Positions 10,308-18,764 of a stretch of 64,000 nt of DNA are shown in pieces. Source of the DNA: an uncultured Pseudomonadota bacterium (lineage in GTDB: Bacteria; Desulfobacterota; Binatia; Binatales; Binataceae); contig CAWGQB010000020.1 of the NCBI GenBank assembly GCA_963824565.1, positions 67,575 through 131,574 on the forward strand, written 5' to 3'. The notes beneath the pieces are model-generated. The model worked only from the letters and a program-made list of their open reading frames with translations. It made no database searches and was not told the origin of the DNA. The position numbers were made by a program, and so were the translations under genes. Each line of letters starts with the position of its first letter. Position 1 is the first letter of the stretch.

Positions 10308-11180
10308 ATGGCGATTAACGTATCACGCGAAAAGCTGCTCTTTTATGCTGTCGCGGGTGGCCTGGGCGGGCTGGCCGCATGGGCCGCCGCCGAACCCTTC
10401 CTCGGTATCCGCCAGGTCTACGTCCGGGACGCGTTACTGGGTGCTCTTATCGGCTTGTTCATCGGCGCATTCCTGGCCTCAATCGAGGCGCTGAGCGTGG
10501 GCCAATGGCGTCAGGCGTTACGTGGAGTCCAGGCCGGCGGATTGATCGGTGCGATTGGCGGCGCGGTCGGCTTGCTGGTTGGTGAGATTGGCTTCGACAT
10601 CCTTGGTGGACTCTATGGCCGGGTCGTCGGATGGGCGATCCTCGGCATCGCGGTCGGCTTGGGTATCGGCACGGCGGCACGCTCGGGTGCCCGCCAGCGC
10701 AACGGCGCCTTGGGAGGCATCGTGGGCGGCGCTTTGGGCGGCTTCGTCTACTGGGCCCTGACTCTGGCGTTTCCCCAGGCTTTCGGACGTGCGATTGCGA
10801 TCATAGTACTCGGCGCATTGATCGGATTCTTCATCGGACTGGTGACCGAGCTACTCAAGCGCGGATCGCTGATGGTGGTGCGCAGCGGCAGCCGCAACGC
10901 CCGCGAGGGGCGGGAATTCGCACTGGCCAAACCGGTTACGGTAATCGGGCGGGCGGAAGAGAGCGACGTCGGTCTTTTTGGCGATCAGTCGGTGCTGCCC
11001 CAGCACGCGATACTCCGCCGGGAGGGTAAGAGTTTTTACGTCAGCACCACCGCCGGCGGCGCGGTCAGCGTTAACCGGACTCCGGTCAATGGACGCCAAC
11101 TGCTCAAAAACGGCGATCGTATCGAAGTTGGCGGAACCCTGTTTCTGTTCCGCGAGCGAAACCAGACCCCGGGGAGCTAG
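10308..11180 (+). CDS. Multi-pass Gly-rich membrane protein with C-terminal (degenerate) FHA domain
   Basis: About 6 GxxxG-rich hydrophobic helices, then VIGRAEESDVGLFGD..QHAIL..LKNGDRIEVGG. Confidence 0.85.
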   Translation: MAINVSREKLLFYAVAGGLGGLAAWAAAEPFLGIRQVYVRDALLGALIGLFIGAFLASIEALSVGQWRQALRGVQAGGLIGAIGGAVGLLVGEIGFDILGGLYGRVVGWAILGIAVGLGIGTAARSGARQRNGALGGIVGGALGGFVYWALTLAFPQAFGRAIAIIVLGALIGFFIGLVTELLKRGSLMVVRSGSRNAREGREFALAKPVTVIGRAEESDVGLFGDQSVLPQHAILRREGKSFYVSTTAGGAVSVNRTPVNGRQLLKNGDRIEVGGTLFLFRERNQTPGS

Positions 11181-11335
11181 CAGGCCGTCGAAAACAAGAC
11201 TTTCACCATCTGCCCCAGCGCTCTTGACAAAAGAGCCGAACATTTTCAGGCAAAGCGTTGAAAGCAGCATTAATCCCAAGAGACTTGGACCGGTCTGTGT
11301 CGGCATTCCTGCCCAGCGGGTGCACGCCTCAATGC

Positions 11336-12067
11336 ATGGGCAGTTTCGGACGCCTGTTGGCAATCGGCGCTATCGTTAGCCTTCTGGCGGGCTGCTCCAC
11401 GGTAGATACCACCTCCAATCTTGCGCCAGCCTCGAATCAGACTTTGGAATTCTACCCGGGGCTGGTAAAAGGCTTTGAACACACTTATCCGTCCCGCCAT
11501 CTGATCGTGCTGGCGGTCACGGATGCTTGCGAAACCAAGAATCAAGGCTCCAGCGGCGATGGCCAGCAGATTGGAACGACGGTGGACACGCGGGGTGAGA
11601 CGATCCAGAACCTTTACACCACCGGCCTGGCTGGCATCGTTCAGAACGCACTCGTGCAGGCCGCGCAGGAGGCCGGCATGACCTCAATCGCTTCAAGCCA
11701 GTCGCGGTACGCGGCGCGACCGGTCGACGCCGATTACGTGCTGGAAAGCAAGGTGGTGAAATGCTGGGTAAAGAAGCAGCGTGTCGTTGACAACGAGAAA
11801 AACGGCAGTTGGCAGACGCAAGCGGAATTCGCAATCGACGCGACAATTTACAAGCCGCCTTTTCAGGTGCCGTTCTGGCAAGGTGACAGCAGCGAAACTT
11901 ACAGTGACCCCCCCGACAATCCCGGCATGATGTCAGAGGATCAGGCCAGCATCTATGATCAGCCAGGCGAGGTCCTGTCGGTGGCCTTTACGCGTAGTGT
12001 CGAGGGCATCTTCAAGCGCGGCAATCTGCATTCCTTGATTGTCCAGGACCACGTGCTGCGCCGCTGA
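11336..12067 (+). CDS. Lipoprotein of unknown function
   Basis: MGSFGRLLAIGAIVSLLAG-C lipobox. Confidence 0.75.
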   Translation: MGSFGRLLAIGAIVSLLAGCSTVDTTSNLAPASNQTLEFYPGLVKGFEHTYPSRHLIVLAVTDACETKNQGSSGDGQQIGTTVDTRGETIQNLYTTGLAGIVQNALVQAAQEAGMTSIASSQSRYAARPVDADYVLESKVVKCWVKKQRVVDNEKNGSWQTQAEFAIDATIYKPPFQVPFWQGDSSETYSDPPDNPGMMSEDQASIYDQPGEVLSVAFTRSVEGIFKRGNLHSLIVQDHVLRR

Positions 12068-12148
12068 GCGGAACGCCGGAAAACCCGCGCCATAGGCCAA
12101 GGCCGGGCACGCCCTTCCGCCCGTCATTTGATACCACCTTTGGGTTGA

Positions 12149-13468
12149 TCAGGTCGCCGCGGCCGGGTTCTTGGGTGCGGATGCGCCCCGCACTGCCGCT
12201 TCCAGAAATGGCCGCGCCTGTGCGGTTATGTCGAGGGTTGGATCGAGTTTTTTGCCCAGACCTTCGACCACCACGAAGGAGATATTGAGTACGGTGAAGC
12301 GCCCGTCCATGCGCATCCGGTAGCGGCGGAAAATGTCGAAGAAGGAACCAATCGCCGACGCCATCTCGATTTCGCCCAGCGGCCGATTGGTATAGCGGCG
12401 CAAGTATTCGATCATCTCCGATTCATAAGTTGCGTAGTCGATCGGGCCCAGCCGCTGGCACAACTCGTACATGTGCCGGGCCAGTTCCCGGCCCATTCCG
12501 TTGGCCATGTAGTACATGGTCTGTGCGAACATCAGCCGATCCGTGGGCGTCAACTCGGTGATCAGCCCAAGGTCGAACAGGGCGATACGGTTACCGGGGA
12601 GAAAGCGGAGGTTACCGGGATGCAAGTCGGCGTGGACGAAGCCATCAATGAACGTCATCTTGCAAAAGACCTTGATGCCGAGCGCGGCCACCTGGCGCGG
12701 ATCGATTCCTGCCGCTTCAAGGCCGGTCTCGCGGACGCCTTCGAGCAAATCCATCGTGAGTACGCGCTCACTGCACAGCCGCTCGACGAGGCCCGGAAAG
12801 ACCACGTCGGGTTCGTTCTTGAAGTTGTCGCGGAAGCGGATGTTGTTGATGGCCTCGATGCGAAAATCGAGTTGCTTGTTTACCGCCGTACAGAACTGAT
12901 GCACGGCTGATACTGGTGAGAGCACGTGCAGGGTTGGAATCTCGCGCAACAAATGGGCAAAGCCCAGCGCGATCGATTGGTCGAGCTGGGCCCAAGCCGC
13001 GATTGCCGGACGGCGCACTTTTACCGCGACCCGCTGGCCTCCCGCAGCGATGCGGGCGCGATGGACCTGCGCGACCGAAGCCGCCGCCAGCGGATGGACC
13101 TCGAACTCGCTGAAGAGCCTTTCCAGGGGTGCCCCAAAGTCCTCTTCGATGATCCGGCGGACCTGTTCATAGGGAAATGGCCGGACCTCTTCCTGCAGCT
13201 TCACCAGTTGCTCGATGATTTCGGGCGGCACCAGGTCTGGCCGCGTGCTAGCCACCTGGCCAAGCTTGATAAAGGTGGCTCCGAGCCGTTCCAGCGCGAT
13301 GCGCAGCGCGCGGCCGCCGGCCGTGAGCGCGACCCTGCGGTCAAGCCGGCGCGAACGGATTGCTTCGACACCCAGGATACCGGCAAAGGCGACCGCCGCG
13401 TAGGTCCCCCAAGTCAGCATCTGCGCCGTCCGAACGACGATCTGGAGCGCTCCAACCAGACGTTTCAT
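12149..13468 (-). CDS. ABC1/UbiB (AarF) family atypical kinase
   Basis: FIKLGQ, AAASVAQVH, VAVKV, HADLHPGN and DLG motifs. Confidence 0.9.
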   Translation of the reverse strand: MKRLVGALQIVVRTAQMLTWGTYAAVAFAGILGVEAIRSRRLDRRVALTAGGRALRIALERLGATFIKLGQVASTRPDLVPPEIIEQLVKLQEEVRPFPYEQVRRIIEEDFGAPLERLFSEFEVHPLAAASVAQVHRARIAAGGQRVAVKVRRPAIAAWAQLDQSIALGFAHLLREIPTLHVLSPVSAVHQFCTAVNKQLDFRIEAINNIRFRDNFKNEPDVVFPGLVERLCSERVLTMDLLEGVRETGLEAAGIDPRQVAALGIKVFCKMTFIDGFVHADLHPGNLRFLPGNRIALFDLGLITELTPTDRLMFAQTMYYMANGMGRELARHMYELCQRLGPIDYATYESEMIEYLRRYTNRPLGEIEMASAIGSFFDIFRRYRMRMDGRFTVLNISFVVVEGLGKKLDPTLDITAQARPFLEAAVRGASAPKNPAAAT

Positions 13469-13568
13469 CTACTCTTCCGTTGCCTTGGCGGATGTTTTAG
13501 CATTCCGCGGCGATACCTGGTTATTGTGGCCCATTGAGCTTTAGACCGTACATACACAGAGGTTGGTC

Positions 13569-14363
13569 ATGGATTACAGCGAATATCGACATCTTACATT
13601 CAAACAGCATGACGACGGAGTCCTCCTGGTGACTCTGAACCGGCCCGAAGTCCTTAATGCCACCAACGCGCGGATGCATTGGGAACTGTCCCAGGTGTGG
13701 AAGGATATCGACCGGGACAGCCAAGCCAAGGTCGTCCTCGTTACCGGCGCCGGGCGGGCGTTTTCAGTCGGCGGTGACAACTCGATGCTGGCAGAGACGC
13801 TGGGAAACGCGGAGAAAATCGCCGGGCTGTGGCGGGAAGCGGGCGATATCGTCTACAATATGATCAACCTGGACAAGCCGATTATCTCCGCGATTAACGG
13901 GCCCGCCTTCGGCGCCGGATTGGCGGTGGCGCTGGTCGCCGATATCAGTATCGTGGCGGACAACGTCCGTTTCACCGACGGTCATGTGATCCTGGGCGTC
14001 GCGGCGGGCGATCATGCGGTGATCATCTGGCCGCTGCTTTGCGGGATGGCCAAGGCCAAGTACTACCTGCTGACCGGGGAGTTGCTCGACGGCAAGGAGG
14101 CGGAGCGCATCGGCTTGGTCAGCTTGTGCGTGGCACCGGAACAGCTAATGGGTAAGGCACTCGAGACGGCTCACAAGCTGGCGGCCGGTCCGCAACAGGC
14201 GCTGCGCTGGACCAAGCGATCGCTCAACAACTGGTTACGGATGGCTGGTCCCAGCTTCGACACGTCACTGGCCCTGGAGATGCTTGGATTCTTTTCCGCC
14301 GATGTCAAAGAGGGCAACGCCGCGCTCAAGGAGAAGCGGGCGCCCCATTTCACCACACGGTGA
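13569..14363 (+). CDS. Enoyl-CoA hydratase/isomerase (crotonase) family protein
   Basis: LNRPEVLNA, RAFSVGGD, INGPAFGAG, DGHVILGVAAGDH. Confidence 0.9.
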   Translation: MDYSEYRHLTFKQHDDGVLLVTLNRPEVLNATNARMHWELSQVWKDIDRDSQAKVVLVTGAGRAFSVGGDNSMLAETLGNAEKIAGLWREAGDIVYNMINLDKPIISAINGPAFGAGLAVALVADISIVADNVRFTDGHVILGVAAGDHAVIIWPLLCGMAKAKYYLLTGELLDGKEAERIGLVSLCVAPEQLMGKALETAHKLAAGPQQALRWTKRSLNNWLRMAGPSFDTSLALEMLGFFSADVKEGNAALKEKRAPHFTTR

Positions 14364-14481
14364 TTTTGCGCTCGGGCCAAGCCGGTGCAGATTGCCACAC
14401 AAAAAGGATTATTGCCGCACAACTGCTTTTTTGCGATACTCAGCCGATTGAATCTGGACCTTGAGGGAGGAACCGGGAACC

Positions 14482-14838
14482 ATGAACAAGATCAAGGTGG
14501 TGGTTGGTGGATTGGCGCTGGCGGCGATGGTGGGGGCGATGCTGCCCGTGTCGACCGCGTACGCCAGGCACAAAGTCGACTGCTCGAAGGTGATGGATGA
14601 TATAAACGGCGGCAAGAGCGTCAAGGAAACGGCGGCGGATTTGCACATTTCCAGGTCCAGCGTCCGACGCTGCGTAAAGAAGGCCAAGGCTGAAGGCGCC
14701 ACGGCTGCTCCGGCAGAGAGTGGCGGTGGCGGTGGGTCAATGGCCGCTCCGGCAGAGAGTGGCGGTGGGTCAATGGCCGCTCCAGCGGCTGCTCCCGCTC
14801 CGGCTGCTCCAGCTCCGATGGGAAGTCCGGCTCACTAG
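14482..14838 (+). CDS. Small secreted protein with Cys-flanked HTH-like core and Ala/Pro/Gly tail
   Basis: Sec signal peptide ending AYA; VDC...GKSVKETAADLHISRSSVRRC; RBS GAGGGAGG upstream; terminator downstream. Confidence 0.75.
   Translation: MNKIKVVVGGLALAAMVGAMLPVSTAYARHKVDCSKVMDDINGGKSVKETAADLHISRSSVRRCVKKAKAEGATAAPAESGGGGGSMAAPAESGGGSMAAPAAAPAPAAPAPMGSPAH
14703..14785 (+). repeat. Imperfect tandem repeat encoding AAPAESGG(GG)GSM x2
   Basis: gctccggcagagagtggcggt...gggtcaatggcc occurs twice. Confidence 0.7.
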
Positions 14839-14856
14839 AGACGGGCGAAACCATTT

Positions 14857-14895
14857 GGCCCGCCGGCGTGCCTGCGCATCCGGCGGGTCTTTTTC
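14857..14895 (+). terminator. Rho-independent terminator
   Basis: ggcccgccgg...ccggcgggtc stem followed by a T-run. Confidence 0.7.
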
Positions 14896-15060
14896 AACCA
14901 TGGCCGAATTTCCTCCTTTCGTTGGCTAGCTGGAGGAGCCGGCCCTGCGGTTGGGTCGCATTTTTGTGTCCGGAAGGGTAAAAAAGCAGGCGAGGGTGAA
15001 ATTCTGCCAGACCGTATCGGTCGACTAGTCCCCGTTTCCACCGCTTCACAAGCAATTGAT

Positions 15061-15363
15061 ATGCCCCCCGAGAACAAATGTGAGCTCTGCGAGCTCCGTG
15101 ATTACACCCAGCGATATTGTCAATTCGTCCATCCGTTCAAGTTCACGATTCTGGACTGTGATTCGTGCGATACCCCGATGGCGGTCCTGGGGGACCACCG
15201 CAAGGAGGCGACCGAGGCCGAAAAAGCCTTGATGATCGACGTGCTATCGGCGGTCGCGCGCGCCAGGTGGGGGGCGGATAAATTCTTTATCGACGACGTC
15301 ATGCGGCAAATTCCCGACCATTGCCACGTCCACGCAAGGCGCCGGCGCTGGATGATCGACTGA
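15061..15363 (+). CDS. Small Zn-binding HIT-like protein
   Basis: CELC, CDSC and C-terminal HCHVH (HxHxH) motif. Confidence 0.65.
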   Translation: MPPENKCELCELRDYTQRYCQFVHPFKFTILDCDSCDTPMAVLGDHRKEATEAEKALMIDVLSAVARARWGADKFFIDDVMRQIPDHCHVHARRRRWMID

Positions 15364-15464
15364 GCGCGAAACCATCTTCTCTTAGCTACCATACTAAAAA
15401 ACTCTTCTTTTCGTTTTGAGCTATCCACGGGGTTTGTGGTATATGCGTTCGCTAGCATTTATTT

Positions 15465-15527
15465 GGCGCTAAATTACGGTAATAGCGCCGGTTGGGGCGC
15501 TGGGGATCGGGCGCCCCGCTAGGGAGG
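15465..15527 (+). promoter_or_regulatory. Structured 5' leader of the cold-shock gene
   Basis: Hairpins ggcgcta/tagcgcc (15465-15489) and ggggcgc/gcgcccc (15494-15517) directly upstream of RBS AGGGAGG. Confidence 0.4.
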
Positions 15528-15537
15528 TCGGTCGGCT

Positions 15538-15741
15538 ATGGCAAACGGTACGGTGAAATGGTTCAGCCCGAAGAAAGGCTACGGCTTTATCACCATGGAG
15601 GATGGCCAGGACGTATTCGTGCACTACAGCGCGATATCGGGTAACGGTTTCCGCTCGCTCGAGGAGGGTGACCGGGTGGCCTTCGAGGTAACCCAGGGCC
15701 CCAAGGGATTACAGGCGGCCAACGTGTCGCGTGACGGATAA
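15538..15741 (+). CDS. cspA: Cold-shock protein (CspA family)
   Basis: GTVKWF..KGYGFI (RNP1), DVFVHYS (RNP2), [10 protein letters not shown]. Confidence 0.95.
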   Translation: MANGTVKWFSPKKGYGFITMEDGQDVFVHYSAISGNGFRSLEEGDRVAFEVTQGPKGLQAANVSRDG

Positions 15742-16199
15742 TTGATAAGTAATGAGCCACTCGGATACTTCCGCTCGAAACAGTTTTGTTCCCGCCAACG
15801 TGGAGTACCACCGGCAAGGATTTTCACCGATGCTTCCTTGATCACTTGATCCTTGATTTTTTACCGCGATGCCGCGGTTGTGAAGGCAACTGCGGGCGTT
15901 ACCGGCAAGCTGGCGTGGCCGCTCCTTGCGGCACAACCGCAGCTTCGGCCTTGTGGTAACTCGCCGGGCAGTCCGTCCTTCTTCCCGAGCAAACTTGTCA
16001 ATAATCGGCACGCCACGGTTGCGTCCGCTTAATCTATGGCACTATTGCGAGCGCCTTTGGCCGGGGAAGATACTACCGCGCGTCCGCCGTTGGTCTTTCA
16101 ACGAGATTCAAGCTTCGCGCCGACGGTCCTTTCCTCGCGCGCTTAAGCTTGACAATAGTGACAATGGTGTGAGCAACGAAAAGAACGGAGGTCGCGTTT

Positions 16200-16415
16200 A
16201 TGCAGCGAAATGTCAAGAACCGCTCAGGTCAGCTACTCGGCTGGCTTAGGGATGACAAGAGCAGCGAATTTGCTTATGACCGCCGCGGTAAGCTGTTGGG
16301 TTGGTACAACAAGAAAACCGATCAGACCCACGACTCCAAGGGCCGACTACTCACGACCTCAGGCGACGTAACCAGCGGGCTGATTTTCGGCAGCGGCGAA
16401 GACGATACCGACTAA
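16200..16415 (+). CDS. Small beta-hairpin repeat protein (beta-flower-like)
   Basis: Three repeats NRSGQLLGW / DRRGKLLGW / DSKGRLL; RBS GGAGG upstream. Confidence 0.6.
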   Translation: MQRNVKNRSGQLLGWLRDDKSSEFAYDRRGKLLGWYNKKTDQTHDSKGRLLTTSGDVTSGLIFGSGEDDTD

Positions 16416-16433
16416 GAGCTAACGTCCCGCGAA

Positions 16434-16925
16434 TCACGCGTCGGGCGCCACCGAAGCGGGGTCGGGCGCGTTCTGCTGCCAGGTCTCGGTCAGCTTCCAG
16501 ATCCGGATCTTCCAGCCCTGCGGAGTTCGGAGCATCGTGTTGGTGTAATAGCCGCCCAGGCCCCACACCGATTTTTCGTCTTTGCAGTCCGGGGGAAAGT
16601 GGCGCGCCTGCAAGTAGGCCAGGCAGACCGCTCGATCGCCGTCGATCTCGATGTGATATGGCGAAATCATATGCTGCGTGACCGCGAACTGACTGACGAT
16701 TCGCTCGATCGACGCGAGCCACTGGTCTCCGCTCATCGCAATCAGCTTGCCGCCGCCGTACGGAGTGCCGGCGAGATCAATTTCCATCTCGTCGGCAAAG
16801 CATGAGCGCAAAGCGGGCCAGTCGCGGCTGTCGATACTCATGCCGTAGCGATACATCAACTCGCTAATCGCCCTGCGATCTTCCAGGGTCTGTAACTGTT
16901 GGGTTTGCAACTGTTGGTCAGACAT
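16434..16925 (-). CDS. SnoaL-like / NTF2-like protein (scytalone dehydratase/BaiE-like)
   Basis: EDRRAISELMYRY..IDSRDW, TQHMI, GGYY..GWKI. Confidence 0.85.
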   Translation of the reverse strand: MSDQQLQTQQLQTLEDRRAISELMYRYGMSIDSRDWPALRSCFADEMEIDLAGTPYGGGKLIAMSGDQWLASIERIVSQFAVTQHMISPYHIEIDGDRAVCLAYLQARHFPPDCKDEKSVWGLGGYYTNTMLRTPQGWKIRIWKLTETWQQNAPDPASVAPDA

Positions 16926-16972
16926 GTTTCTGCGCGCACTCCTTTCTGCTCCGCGGCGGTCGCGCGAATCAA

Positions 16973-17431
16973 TTACTTCGCATCAGTCAGCGTTTCCCAG
17001 GTTCCGACCAGCTTCCATTTACGGATCTTCCAACCGTCAGCGGTTCTGACCACGTCGTTATTGTAGTACCCGCCCACGTCAAAAATCGCATGGCCGCCCT
17101 TGCCGTCCGGGATGAAGTGGCGCGCAAGCACGTAGACGGTACAAGCTGCCCTGTCACCGCTCACTTCGATCCGATGGTTGGACATCGAATGCTGCGTGAC
17201 GGAGTACTGCGCCAGTCCGCGGCTGATGACGTCTATCCAGCGCTCCGCGGTGGTATTCACCGGGATACCGAGCTCCGCTTTCAGCCCGATCATTTCGGCT
17301 CCAATTTCGTCCGTGAACAGGGTGCGCAGGGTGGTCCAGTCCTTTGAATCCACTGCGATCGCGTAACGATGCATCAGATCCATTATCTGCGCGCGGTTCC
17401 ACAGTGCTTCGAGCTTTTCCGAATCGGTCAT
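16973..17431 (-). CDS. SnoaL-like / NTF2-like protein, paralog of its neighbour
   Basis: RYAIAVDSKDW, TQHSMSN, GGYY..DGWKI. Confidence 0.85.
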   Translation of the reverse strand: MTDSEKLEALWNRAQIMDLMHRYAIAVDSKDWTTLRTLFTDEIGAEMIGLKAELGIPVNTTAERWIDVISRGLAQYSVTQHSMSNHRIEVSGDRAACTVYVLARHFIPDGKGGHAIFDVGGYYNNDVVRTADGWKIRKWKLVGTWETLTDAK

Positions 17432-17532
17432 CGCGGTTGTCCTCCCACGCCGGTTGGAATCCGGCGCCACAATAACGTGTCCTGGGCGCCGCCACCAGAA
17501 TGGGGCGAACAGGCCCGCGGAAATTGGTAATC

Positions 17533-18735
17533 CTAAGCCTGAGCGGGTTGCAGCACGCGCGGGCTCTTAACCAGCATCGTAAGCACGATACCCAGCAATG
17601 CGGTGAGAGCCGCTGCCTTTATCGAGGTCGTGTAACTGCCGGTGAGATCGAAGGCGCGTCCCGCCAGTAACGGACCGGCTGCGTAGCCGAGGCTGCCGGC
17701 GCTGTTTATGATCCCATTGAGCACGCCGAAACGCTCAAGGCCCAGGACCTGGCCCTGCAACACCGGGGTGATGAGGGGCGGGCCAAAGCCAAGCAGCGCC
17801 ACCCCGGCCATGAAGACTACCAGGACCCATACATGCGCCGCGTAAAGCAAAAGCACGAGCGTCAAAGCGATGGCGGCAAAACTCACCACCATCGCGACTC
17901 GAGCACCGATCCGGTCCACTAGCACGCCGGATAAGCCGCGCCCGAAAAACGATGCTCCCAGCATCATGCCCCACAGCGTGGAAGCCACACTGGGGCGGTA
18001 TCCCAGACCGATCAGGTAAGGCACGCCGTGGACGATCGGAACGCTCATCACGACCGCATACACAAAGTAGGCGCCCGCTATCATCAGGAAGGCCCTGAGA
18101 TAAATCCTGGCGTGCCGGATTTCTGTCGCGGGCTCCAATCGCGATGGTTGCCCAGCGGACTTCTCGGGGCTGCTTTCTATCATAAGAAGTACGACCGGCA
18201 CCAAAATCGCCAGCGTCACGATTGCCAGCACGACGTAACCGGCGCGCCATCCGTACCTCGGGACCACGTTGCCGGCGGTCAGGTTGCCAAGCATCTCGCC
18301 GACCGCGAAGCCCGAAAAGACGATACCCATCGCGGTGCCACGCCGCGCGTCGAACCATCGCGAAATTATCAGCGCGCCGGGCACGATGCTGCTGGCCGCG
18401 TTGGCGAGTCCGATCACGGCATAGGCCGCTAGCATCTGTGGCAACGAATTTGCGCGGCTGGCCGCCAACAACGCGAAGCCGAGCACGATCACACCGCAGA
18501 ACATCACGCGCTTGGCGTCAACTCGATCGATAATCAAACCAACCAGCGGCATCGCCGCGGCCGAGGAGAGCTGGAGCGCGGTCGCAATCAGCGAGACCTG
18601 GGTGCGGCTCCAGCCGAACTGTTTGCTAAGCGGCAGCAGGAACACCCCTAAGGTGTCGAAGCTCGAGGCGATCGTCACGGCCATGACGATGAACAGGCCC
18701 ACTACTATCAGTGTGGCTTTGTTGTTGTGTGACAT
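17533..18735 (-). CDS. MFS transporter (OFA/MCT-like)
   Basis: About 12 hydrophobic helices; GLIIDRVDAKRV and GVLVDRIGAR motif A; start placed at MSHNNK. Confidence 0.9.
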   Translation of the reverse strand: MSHNNKATLIVVGLFIVMAVTIASSFDTLGVFLLPLSKQFGWSRTQVSLIATALQLSSAAAMPLVGLIIDRVDAKRVMFCGVIVLGFALLAASRANSLPQMLAAYAVIGLANAASSIVPGALIISRWFDARRGTAMGIVFSGFAVGEMLGNLTAGNVVPRYGWRAGYVVLAIVTLAILVPVVLLMIESSPEKSAGQPSRLEPATEIRHARIYLRAFLMIAGAYFVYAVVMSVPIVHGVPYLIGLGYRPSVASTLWGMMLGASFFGRGLSGVLVDRIGARVAMVVSFAAIALTLVLLLYAAHVWVLVVFMAGVALLGFGPPLITPVLQGQVLGLERFGVLNGIINSAGSLGYAAGPLLAGRAFDLTGSYTTSIKAAALTALLGIVLTMLVKSPRVLQPAQA

Positions 18736-18764
18736 CTGTATAGTGCGAGGTTTACTACCTCGTT

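Noticed and set aside
14703-14785. CRISPR-like repeat
   Set aside because: Only two copies, in-frame coding repeats, no unique spacers and no cas genes
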